DNA of 64,000 nucleotides from Enoplolaimus lenunculus. Lineage: Eukaryota. How positions within the stretch are numbered: the first letter of the stretch is position 1; each line of letters opens with the position of its first letter. The notes under the pieces are model-generated. The model worked only from the letters and a program-made list of their open reading frames with translations, was not told the DNA's origin and made no database searches. Location of the stretch: NCBI GenBank assembly GCA_030248215.1, contig JASANG010003711.1, positions 682,001 to 746,000 on the forward strand, given 5' to 3'. Position numbers and translations under genes: made by a program. Below are positions 47,601 through 60,300 of this stretch, piece after piece.

Positions 47601-50600
47601 CGTTTTCCACGCTTTATGAATAATTTTATCCTGAAACAAAGCTATGTGACATTTTTATGCCTATGGCTAAGCCTAAGCCTTTACCCAATGCGCGTAGCCA
47701 GTATTTTGGTTGGGGGACACATCGATGAAAATCTGCGCTATAACTTGCGACGCTACACTTGTAACGCTGCACCGTTCTTGCTTGTCCGTCACCGTGCGAC
47801 CGTGTGACATCGAACGCGCATTGAAATATATGCGAGTTGGATGCTAATTCACCTACAACGGCGCGCGATGACGGACGGTGACAAACGGCGACACGTTAGA
47901 GTTATTAATAAGTTTACTGCCACATTAATATAAAGCAGAATTCACAAGTTGTTGCTAAGGCCTACTTTTATTTAGTTTAATGAATTGGAAACATCTCGAG
48001 CAAAACGAGCAAAATGCCACACGCAATTTTAGGAATAAATTCTAAAAGTGAAATTTCCTTTATGTTACGTACCACTCGATGCTGGGTTAAAATAACACTT
48101 CACCCTCTGCTCCACGCCGAGCACCGTTACTCTGTATGATTCAACGAGGTTTTATCTCATCTGTCCGAATCGCTTACGATTCGACGATGCTCCAGTGCCC
48201 TATACCGAAATTATACTTACGATATGGGTTTGTTTATTACTGTTAGTACCAGATATAGTAAGTAAATTTCGCAAGCGCAGCTACCGAAAAGCTTAAATGC
48301 ATGTTTTAAACTAATGTAAACAACAGATTCATTAAACATCCGGCTGACAAATTTTTTTGAAAATTTTTTAAAACCCTGAGAAGACATGGTCCCCTTGACC
48401 CTTCTCTTCTGGCTACGTCCACGAATAAGCATGTGATTAAATTAAATGATAACATTCCTAAAGCAAGAACTCAACTAACCGCTCATTGTGACACAGATTT
48501 TCATAAAGTAGTTTCAAATGGCTGGACGTATAATTCAAGTATGAAACTGGTAATTGATAAAGAGCAGGGAACATATACGTTTACCACCTCACAATGGCAG
48601 CCCAGGATATGGCCAGTCCACGCAGCCGCCGCCCCCCAACTTAAAATTTTTTTGTGGACAACGGAACTTTCAGTGAAAAGGTTAAATGATACCGACTTGA
48701 AAGATGTATTAATTGTACGCCTTCTTTGATAAAAATTCCCGCACCGTCATAGACGACGGAAGGTTAAAGGATACCGACTAGAATGATGTATTAATTGTAC
48801 GCCTTCTTTGATAAAAATTCCGGCACCGTCATAGACGACGGAACGTTAAAGGATACCGACTTGAAAAATGTATTAATTGTACGCCTTCTTTGATAAAAAT
48901 TCCCGCACCGTCATAGACTACGGAAGGTTAAAGGATACCGACTTGAAAGATGTATTAATTGTACGCCTTCTTTGACAAAAATTCCCGCACCGTCATAGAC
49001 GACGGAAGGTTAAAGGATACCGACTTGAAAGATGTATTAATTGTACGCCTTCTTTGATAAAAATTCCGGCACCGTCAGAGACGACGGAGTACGTTTTTTG
49101 AAACTTCAATCTTGTGATATTTAAATTAAAAAATATACACAATTATTATTTACCTTTTCTTCAACTGCAGCATTTTGATCGAATATTCGGCCTCTGTTTG
49201 CATCGTCTGCATACTAGAATTACAATTTTAGTTGGCACTTACCATATTGTTTATGATGGCATTAATTACTGTAATAAAAACGATTCATAGATAACCAGTT
49301 ATTGGGCTGTTGTAACTTGTACACCTTCGCCCGCAGACTTACGCTTACACTCAGGCTTAGGTTTACGAAGAGGTGTTCCTAAGCCTAAACCTTTTCCTAA
49401 GCGTTTATCTAAGCCAGAATTTTCAATTGTCAATGCGGAGAAGGTATGTTACAGCAAAGTTTGGAAAATTTTAATATAAATGATCGTAATAACCTGAACA
49501 ACTCGTGAAACATCATCTTTCTCTCGGGCAAATGCGTATTTGTTAAACGATAATAAGATATGTCAAAGGGATATTTGTAGAGTTGCAACATTTTAGAATA
49601 TTTACCTGGACCCACACCCGGACTCGGATGCCATTCTACATATATTTGAACCTAAATTTCGCCAGTAGACTTGAGCTCGCATCTTAAGCCAAATCGAGAT
49701 GCTCGTCGTAGTTGATATATGTTAACGGATATATTTAATCAAATCAATGCATAAAATTGCAATTATAACGGATTCCTATAAAATTTGATTCCTGGGCCCG
49801 CATTCTTAAATGTGTGCAGCACATATCACAAGTTGGTGATAGCTTTTGTAACTTTCGAACCAGTGAATGCTGAGACTGAAAATTTAGCAGTTTTTTCGAA
49901 TTTGATTTGCGTTACTCCTGTACTAATTTTGAGTTCAGCAATTGCAATAGTTAGCTATTTGGAAACCTATTAGTCACTGATGATTGTTGCTATATACATT
50001 TGAGAATACGGGCCTTAGTTTGTCTTCTAACAGTTAATATTTAGTCCATCTTATTGTTGCCGTCTGCTGTGTTAGGCAAGCTGCATGCAAATACAAATTA
50101 TTCAATAAGTTTTGCCAAAAATTTTGGAGTTGTCATCTGATTAATTAGTGACGCACATGTATGGATCAAGGATTGTTATACTGTAAATTTTTAGTAAACC
50201 TACAGCGGTGGGAACTGGCACCGAAAATTCGGCAGGGAACGAAGGCCTTATTTTGACCCCAATAAAAAAGTTTTAACATCGCTTATAAGTCATCAGAAAT
50301 TCTGGCACACCTCTTCTGCAACATTTTCTCCACCTACCCAGAAAGGTAAGCTGTTTACGGAACTCTATCAGTTGATGAAACAGTTTTGCCAAACTTCTGG
50401 ACGTAGTACTATCAATGTTGTACTTACGTAACTGGGACCCTTTACGCTGGCGGAAGCGCCGATCCATTGTTGCAGTGCTGCTGCGTCCCAGTTAAACTAA
50501 AAGTTGCAGGAAATGAAAAAATATTGCAGCTTTAAAAAACTACTTTATCATACAACTGGTATTTTTATGAAACCCATATTGAAGTTACATGTTTTTGCTT

Positions 50601-53600
50601 AATGACAATTGTTGCATCAATCACTGTTAAAGTAAAAAGATTTCAGTCTGTCAAGCATGAACAACGTGGTTCGAGTGTGGTCATGAGATTTTTTCATTCG
50701 TCACAGATGGTAACCGGAAATAGCCTGCTAGAAAGAAACTACGCTCGAATAAAGCCCTATTCACACGTGCAAGTTTTTGCTGCGAGAACTTGCAGCTACA
50801 ACTTGCACTTGCAGCATAGTTAGGAATTTCGTTTACATGTGTGGATAGCCATGCACGTTCACTGAATTTATTGCAGGCGCTTTCTCATTGGCTGATGAAA
50901 CAATGCAAGTTCTGCATGCAATTTGCAGCTGAAAGTTCTTCCATCAAAAACTTGCACGTCTGAATAGGGTTTTATAATAGGATTCCAACTTTCTCATCTT
51001 TTATGTTAACGTCAAAATTTCAGCTGTAAATATTAATACAGAAGTTAAGCTGAAAATGTAACTTTGTCAAAATATCAACTACTGGTACTGCGTAGAGATA
51101 AACCTATAAACAAGGCTAGGCCTAAGTCTAAGCCTTAGCATAAGTACCAAAAAGTCTACAGCTTAAGCCTACCGTATTGCAGTCTTGCCTAACAAGGGTA
51201 CGCCCGTCACAGTAATATTAGCTCATAATTTCAACAAGCTGATCAAATCTAGTTTAATTTAAAAATGCATGGCTCGCTAGAAGCATTGAAGAACGATTAA
51301 CTTTGTATTTTAGATTCGAAAACTTACCGATTCGCCAGGAGCACCCTAAAATACGAAATTTCAATACGTTGCCTAAATTTTAAAACAAGAAAGTTAAACT
51401 ATGTTACGTATAAACATTTGTGCGTTTTCAACAAAGGGATTTGCAGACTTTACAGTTATGCAATCAACATGATTGATGACGCATCATATTAATTTGAATC
51501 CGATGTACTAGTATTTGACGGACAAATTAAAATTTTTATAAATATATACAAACTAAGGTTTAAGCCATATGCTAAATTTATAACATTTTACGTGTTCATT
51601 CAGCTATAAATTACGTTTTCAATTTATATTTCCTTTACAAATGCGATTTTCCAGCATAAATACAAACACATATAATATGGTGCTCAACTTACTGGTGGGC
51701 CAGGCGGTCCAGCAATACCAGCAGGGCCTTTCGGACCTGGATCTCCAATCATGCCCCTCGGTCCCTAAAATGTATTAAGAAAGGCCTAAAAATTGGGAAA
51801 CAAAAGTCCGTATAAACCACTTAGAAACGGCTTATTTACATGTTTCATCGAAACATAATAAACAGTTCGTTATGAAACACTCGCACCAAAAATTCCATAC
51901 AAATGTTATTGTTAATGCCTGCCGCGGCTAAACACTTGTCGATGGTGCAGTAAATTTATACTTTCGGAATAAAACATTAAAGGAAGCTTGGTATAGATTC
52001 TTTGGCCCATGTCACTTTAAGGGGTGGAAAGATTTCTGATGGGTCTATAAAAGAGTGGGTGTAGATTCTAGATTACAATTTTTTGCTTAGGCTTAGGCTT
52101 AGGAACACATTTTTGAAACGCGCTTAGGCTTACGCTAGGCTTAGGAATACGCTTAATTTACTGTTACGCCCCGAAAAGTAACATTGGCCGATTCTTTTAT
52201 AAGCTATAATGATAGCCTACCGGGTGACCTGCAGGTCCAGGTTTTCCGTCTTTACCTTCTAATCCAGGCGCTCCTGGAGGACCCGGTGGACCCTGGAATA
52301 GCAAAACGATTAAGAATGAAAAACAAATATGTTTTGTAAGTTACAAGTTTCTACAGTTATTAAAAAATTAGTCTTGAATGCAGCTATTTTTAAAATACGA
52401 AATTTTAGCAGTAAGTTTTTCTTTCGTCTTTTTATACTAAAATAGCGCTTGCTAACGCTCTGGAGGATGGTCTGCAAACCGTTGAATTAGTAGGATCACC
52501 TCAATCACTTGGCACGCCACTGAATGGAGGAACAACGTTTTGAATGCAGCATGCATGGGACACTGAAAGTTAACATGGTTGACAAAGCAGAATATCAAAA
52601 CTCAGTAAAAGATTTTCAAATCGGTTCCGCTGCAGTTTGAAGCGTGGACTAAAAAGTTCACGATTATAATGTTATTCAGACAATAATTTCAATCTTAAAA
52701 CAATTCTCACAATAGCGCAGACCACGCTTTCAACGTACCGGTTCGCCTTGAATTCCATCGAAACCTAGAGTGCCTGGCGGTCCTTGAGGGCCCTGAAACC
52801 AAAAAATGAACAATAAATTTTGTATTAATAAGATGTCGAATATCGAAAATAACATTCCGATAATTAAAGATGCTAAATGCAAACGAAACAGTTAATGTTT
52901 ATAACGGAAGAGATATCATTGGGATGTATATATCGCTTCAGAAATTTCTGAATACATAATAAACAAGACTCATCGCTCGAAGGCGGTGACAAAACCACGA
53001 CTCGACAGGATTTGGAATAAACTGTTATATTTGAGTTTTCTACTAATTTTTGCCACTACTCTGTTTTATGAGATATCCTCTATGAAAGTTAAATATTGGC
53101 CATGTCACGGTTATCAATAATGCTGCTCTGACTGGTCGGTATATTATATAACTGAACCTAACTGCACGGTTGTGCATTTTCGGATAACGTAGAAACTATA
53201 GAAGGATTAAACCTTCTCTACAAACTGATGTGTACAATTTACCATTTTTCCTGGTAGCCCAACTAAACCAGGGTTACCAGTATATCCTTTATCACCCTGA
53301 AATCAAATATGAACCAAAATTAACACAACATCTGTGAAAGCCTTGTTATCGAAATGCTAAACTAAGCATTGATTGAAAAGTTTATTGTACATTTAGCAAA
53401 TCACTACTAATAGTTTAAATCTGTGAATAGTATTGTTAGCAAACGAAACCGGCTACGAGACCAAAATTTCGTATCAGCATTAATAATCAAATACTTGAAA
53501 AAATAAAAAATTAGCCAAATTTCACCAGGTAAAACTCCACTGATAAAATGTATGTATGTATACTGTAAAACGCTTTAGAGTTTGCACTAAGCTAAGCTAT

Positions 53601-54266
53601 CTCAGCATGCCACAATAGAAAATCCGCGAACCTTTTCGCCTTTGACTCCGTTGATCCCAGGAACACCAGGTTCTCCAACGTTACCCTAGAATAAGAAAGT
53701 TTAGTTTTGAAATTCGCATAGCGGACAGGGACGAATCATGATCAAACACAGCACTGAGGCCGATTTGTTCTGAGGGTCTCGAAAATAGATTGCTAGAAGA
53801 CGTGGTTCATTGTCATACAAAGTTTTGATTAACACCGGGCACGTTAGCAATGATATTTAAATCATTAAATACTAATTTGGAATTTGTTTTGCGATCGTTA
53901 AAGATCATAAAAGACTGCGGTGTCAGTTGCGAGATGCTTGCAGTTAGTTGGTTCCGTTTTGAATGCTATCTTTGAAATGATACATAATATGCGCATAACG
54001 ACCCGATAATATTGATATGTCCACATGTGATATGACAAAATTTTGACAGAAAACTGCCGGAACACTTACCGGAAGCCCAATTGGTCCAATGCGTCCAGGT
54101 ACTCCAATCGGACCGAGAGGTCCCTGAAACAAATTTGGCAATTCAGCGTATCCAGCAAAAGTTAGTAACATTATGGTTTGAAACTAAATTTTTATACCAA
54201 ATTTTCCTAAAATGTTAAATAATAATAGTAATAATAATAATAATAATAATAATACAACAACAATAA

Positions 54267-54306
<40 letters not shown>

Positions 54307-57300
54307 CAGGGCCAGTGCAGCAACCCAACATACCCCTATTTGGGGGCCCGCCGCAAAGAGGGGCCACCGTCCTAACAAGATTTTAAACAAAAAATTTGAA
54401 AAATATTTTGATTGTCACAAAGGGCCCCCAGCCCACAATATTTAGAGGCCCACACGCTAGCCTGCTCCAGCACTAGAAATATTAGTAACAACGCCAACAA
54501 CACAGTCGAAATATGTTGTTCCTCACGAAATTCACGCACCGAAATCACGTTAATTCAAGTCATTATTGTGAAAATTTGAAATCAAAACTTGAACAGTTTC
54601 AAACTAAAACTTACCACCGGGCCGCGTTCGCCACCTGGTCCTGGAGGTCCCTGAGGTCCTTGAGGGCCCTGCAAACATTTTTACGCCGCATATCACAATC
54701 ATAACAAAAACATATAAACAAAGATTATAGAAAACTTTTATGCAATAAAGTTTAGGCGGATAGCGCGACTATTTTTGAGGAGTCGATTTTGCACAAAAAA
54801 AGGCCGGTTGAACGAGAATGAATCACTGAATATTATTTCACGCTGACCAACTTTTTGAAGTATAACTTAACTGGCAGACGCTTTACCATACAAAGTACTA
54901 CGATATTTAAGCTATTTTTTGACTCCATTCTATAGCACCTTACTTAAAACAGCTGGAGTTCAAAAAATTGCAGATCGACATATTTGTTTACTTCAACCCA
55001 CAAAAAGTTTCGTTACACACATACCGATTGGATCAGTAAAATAGTGAACAATAGTGTAGGAAAACTTTTGTATTTGATTAAATTATACCCCAGGTAGATG
55101 TACTCTAACTACAAACGGCATACATGTCTTACCAGCAATCCTGGGTTTCCTTTTTCACCAGGTGGACCTGGTTGTCCAAGAGGGCCTTTGTCACCAGGGC
55201 GGCCTTGTTGTCCCTGTGCTCCAGGTATACCGTCTTTGCCCTTAAACAAAAATTATGCACACTAGAACGTTCTTAGGTCACATTAACTAAAATTAAACAA
55301 CATAAATGTTTATCTGAACATCATCATATTTCAACTATTAGACCGCAGAAGCGTAGCCAGGATATCATTTTGACAGAGTATAACCTCATTTATTTTCTTA
55401 CTAGAATCCAATATGTAATTTTAGTACCTATAAAAGTGAATGTTTTATCACGTCTGGGTCTTTCCAGAAATTTCTGTGAGGAATATATCCTTATTATCCT
55501 CGATATAGGACCCTGTTATGCTGTTATTATCATTACCAGCCAGACAATTACACAATAAAGAAATTTTCAACTTACATCCTGCCCCGGTCGGCCTTCTTCG
55601 CCTTTCTGACCAGGAGCACCTTGCGGCCCTCTGAAACCCTGGTCACCTCTTGGACCTGGAAGTCCTTGATCTCCTTTGGCACCTGGATAGCCATCTTGGC
55701 CCGGCGGACCCAAATCGCCTTTAGGTCCGAGAACACCTGGAGTTCCTTGTGGACCCGTAAAACCAACAGGGCCGACATCACCTTTCGGTCCCTAAAATTG
55801 ACTTATCTTAAAATACTAAAGTTAAAAGTTGTATTGAATGCAAAGAACTGCTTTAATGAAACAAAAAGTGTATATTTACAGCTACTACGATTTTATTAGT
55901 TCAAAAGGGGCATTTCCAAGGGCGGCCCCACGGAGGGCATTTTAAGCCGTGCATCTCCAAACTCGTATGGTGTCGATGCAATAGACTCGGTCTAAAAGTA
56001 AACAATGTTGAATTGCAACTGTTGGGCCCCAAAATTATTCGGTGCCTTCCCAAATATAATTTTTTGCTGACGTCCGTTGTCATTTCTTAAGCATTTCTCC
56101 CGACTAAAATCCAAACTGCACAAAATAGTCAGTTTTTAATATGGCGCTCAGGCCCGTATCCAGAGAAGGGCAACAGAAACTCGGAACTCAAGTATGAATT
56201 TTGCCCCCCCCCCCCCCGGACAAATTTCAACTTCATTAGTAAATCGGAAACACTTGTATATTCCTTTTAATAAATGTTTAGGCCTCATAGCAAGGTGATT
56301 ACAGAATACAGACTGGTCTGCACTTCGGCGTGTGAAGCATTTTAAAAGAAAAACTGTTAAATTGAGACTTCAGCAAACCAGAAATAAGTCTAAACGAAAC
56401 GATTTCAAAGCATAATTTGCGCCTTCAAACTTTTGATCCTCGTCTTACATTATCTTGCTTGTATAGACTAACTGAAACGCTACTCGAGTAAGGCACAGGC
56501 ACAAGATAGTAGCACCAGCTCAACTTATTGCAGGGGAACAAAAATGTCAGGACGACAATATGGGGGAATTTTCCGTGATTTACAATTCAGGCTAAAACTT
56601 TTCTATGGGATGTCAAAATGTTTCTTGATCGGGACAGCTAACCCTTGTTGCACCCTCTTCTACTGGTCCGGTAAAGTCCCAAACCTACAGGTGGGCCTAG
56701 TGGTCCTTCTGGTCCAGGCAATCCAATGTCGCCTTGCGGACCATCGTTGCCGTTCAATCCATCACTGCCTGGTACGCCGCGTTCGCCAGGTTCTCCCTAG
56801 AAATCAAAGTTAAAATAGCTTTCAGCAAAGCAAACCAGTTGTCTGTATTAATGTTTTACACGCCCACGGCATTATTATTAATTTAAAATTGCTTGATGCT
56901 TGTATTCAGATTATTTTTCAGCGATGTTTATTTTGTTCTTGGAACTGCGCTGGGCGTTTCAAAAGACAACGCCGAATTATCTGCCGCTGGAAGAACTAAA
57001 CATACAAAGGATAAGTTGATTTTCATTTATTTTTGAAATATACTAATTTTGCAAAACTTACTACAGGTCCAGGAGGTCCCGTTGGACCCATTTGTCCTTG
57101 TAGGCCTGGTGGACCCTAAAACAGGTAAATTTCGAAATATCGTCCTGCGTACCGATAAATACGTTATGTGACTTAGGGTTAATACGACACTGGGTATTGC
57201 AGTTGCAGTTAATAGCAATATTACGGAACACAACAAGAAACGGACAGCGCAGGTTGAGATTAATTGTTTGAACAAAATGAATGTTTTTACAATCTAATGA

Positions 57301-60300
57301 ATCTCTCACTTAATTCAGAAGCGCTTCCATCAACAGGAATCAAAATTACAGCATTAAAAGACGAGAAAAAAATCTTACAGATTACTGAACAGTATAAACA
57401 TTAATGATAAGTGTAAGAACCAAAAACAGTTAACGGAACATACCAGCGCACCAGGAGGTCCTTCTTTACCAGGCTGTCCAAACACACCAGGATTGCCCTA
57501 AAATAGTATAACATCTATTTGCAAAAAAATGTAATTGCATTGAGTTGGAGCCGCGTAACGTTTAGTAAAAGTATTTGAAGTTTTAAAAACGTATAGATAA
57601 CGCGTTAAAAATAGTCCACTAAGACAAAATTATATTCTAACTTGGACGATTCGATGGATGGTAGATACCGGGGTCCATCACTCCAACCGAACCCGTGCAG
57701 GCTACAAAACTTGTATTGGAATGGAATACACCATTGTCAATCAAGTTTTAAGGCTTAAGCACATACTTGCTTGAACAAATCTTTCGAAACATATGCCATA
57801 CTATAGTGTATTTTAAGAAAATTGCACATATGTACAACTACGGATTTCTAATGCTCATTGCGAACATTACAAAATCAATTCATATGCAGATAATTTTTTG
57901 TGAAAACCAACAACCTTAATTTCTCAAACCGTTCGTCATTAGAAAAACTCAAAATGTTGCTCTGTCCGGTAAACAATTGGTGTTACCTGGTTGCCTTTGT
58001 GTCCCCGATCACCTTTTGCACCAGCCAAGCCGAAGGCACCCTAAACACATAAATAGCAATATAAACTGTAGAAACAAAAGCTTAAGCTTATTTTTAAATA
58101 AACCAAGTGTTACGTGTATTGGTCTAAGACCAGGGCCGGAGCAGCCACCCCCATACCCCCAATTTGACGGAGCTGCACTTCTAAGGGGCCCTCATCCTAA
58201 CCGGTTGAAAGAAAAGCCGCTGAGGTTTTGAAACGCGTCTGGCTTCTCGCTTGCTTCGCTCGACCGTGGAGTTCCTGCCCACCGGCACTGCATAAAACAG
58301 TTACAACTGCTTACCTATACAATATCAGGTGTTTAAAGAACTCGTCCAATTGCAACGTCAGAGCCCCTAGGTGAATATAAGTTTTTGCAGTGCTAAATTT
58401 CACTAAATAATTATGGTTTTCTGCACTAACCGTGCCATGCGAACGAAAATATATAAGTATGTTTAACATTAAAACACGTGACATTTTGAATAGAAAATTT
58501 CTGGCTCTTAGATCATTTGGTCTTTGCAATGGTCGCCCTAATGAGACCGTCTCTAGCGTCCAAGTATTTTGGTTATTCCGGGAACGAACGACCAGACATG
58601 CACAATTACAGCATTAACGAGTTAACGAACGGTTTGTTGTGAAAATTACGTATTTCAAAATTTTGTGATAACCCCGTCAGTATACTGGTTGCACAATTTG
58701 AGGGCTACGAGGTGCAAAATACGGTAGGGTTTCTAAAACTTATTGCGCAACATTCAACTTGCCTATTCCTCAGGTTTCTATATTCAACGTATACAAAATA
58801 CAAAACAAAACCTTGTCTCCTTTATCGCCTTGAGGACCAGCGATCCCTTGCATTCCTTGTTCACCTTTTTGACCAGGCAATCCCGTTGATCCTTTAGCTC
58901 CGTCAACGCCGTTTGTACCCTGTATTACAATAGGTAAGAAGGTTGTATACTCTTGTTGAAGTATGCATCAACCACTCTTGATTATATTAATTTAATCGAA
59001 AATTGTTTGATGTGAAGACTTATCTTTTATATAATTTAAAAGCACTTTTTTCAATTATCGAAGGTTCCCGTTGAATGACAACACGACTTTTGCTGTACTA
59101 GCCAACTAAGCCAAGTTTCAATGAAAGTTGTTAAGAATTAAGGTTCAAAAATACGTATCTAACTCGTATTTACAATATTAAACCAACGGTCTGTTTTATT
59201 GGCTCATGGGACAAAAAGTGGTCAGGTACTCCTCTGAATTATTTCAGCTCGAAGGCCCAAAGTTTGGGCCTCGAGCGCCCGATCTGCTTAGGCCCGCGGG
59301 TTCAACATTTGTACCCGAACCTGCGGGTGTTGACCCGGGCTGGTTCCAAGCCTGATAAAAGCTCAATTTAAAAGCAAATTACAGAAATACAACTAAGAAA
59401 CGTTTTGTAGTATTAGAGATATATCCAATTCGTAGTCATTGCTACTTAACGCTCTAACATGAAGTGTTTCAGTGTAAACTGTCATACCTGCGAGCCGGGA
59501 AGCCCAGAAATGCCTTGTGGTCCTTGAGGTCCTCGGTCACCTTGTTTACCAACCGCTCCAGGTTCACCGACCAGCCCTGGCAATCCTCGATCTCCCTAAA
59601 ATCGTTTAAAGTTCGATAAAAAATTGAACGAATGAATGTGTTTGGTTGCATTATATTGGCTGGGTTTCAAAAATCCTACTTAAACACAACTTCATGCTTG
59701 AATATTTGATAAGCAATTACTTAAACAATTTATCGTTTCTAAAACCATACTTAAGTGAATAAAATACCTAAACGCTCATCAAATGTAATAAATTACAGAC
59801 TAACGGGTGTGGTATGCTATCATTGGTTCAATTGAGATTGTAGAATGTTATAAGTATACCTAATACAAAGCTTTGGCTTATTTATTATGACACTGGCCCA
59901 TAATTTTTCATTCTTTATTTTTTGTAGCAAAAGTTTTAAATGTTTAAGACTGTCCCGTTAAGTGATTAAAAGCAAAACTTATGTAAAGACTTAAGCAACA
60001 TTTCAAAAACCCAATCGTTGTTAGTTTATTCAGATACTTTGCATAATAATTTGAAAAACAAACGGCTCGAGTCGTTTGAGCCAACGTGATTCCGCCATTA
60101 TAATACAATAACCGGATGCGCACTATCATGAGTGTGGCAAAAAAGATTAAATGCATAAACAAACCTGTGATTGAACAGCTTTTAGCTTACTTGATTATCT
60201 TAAGCAAATGTTGAGCTAAACATTTAATTTCATTGTGAACGGATTCATGAATTAAGTTAATTACAGACGAGATCGGCTCTTGAGCGAATGCTCTGACTGA

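Noticed and set aside
48679..49088. CRISPR-like array (regular repeats with small hairpin)
   Set aside because: Units are contiguous and near-identical with no unique spacers; no cas genes; eukaryotic intron
49606..49635. In-frame 30-nt candidate exon [10 protein letters not shown] between the two telopeptide exons
   Set aside because: Weak polypyrimidine tract; the direct join KGPSY|YADDAN already matches the canonical telopeptide and cleavage context
54184..54445. Poly-I/L/N ORFs resembling membrane proteins
   Set aside because: Translation of the (AAT)n microsatellite
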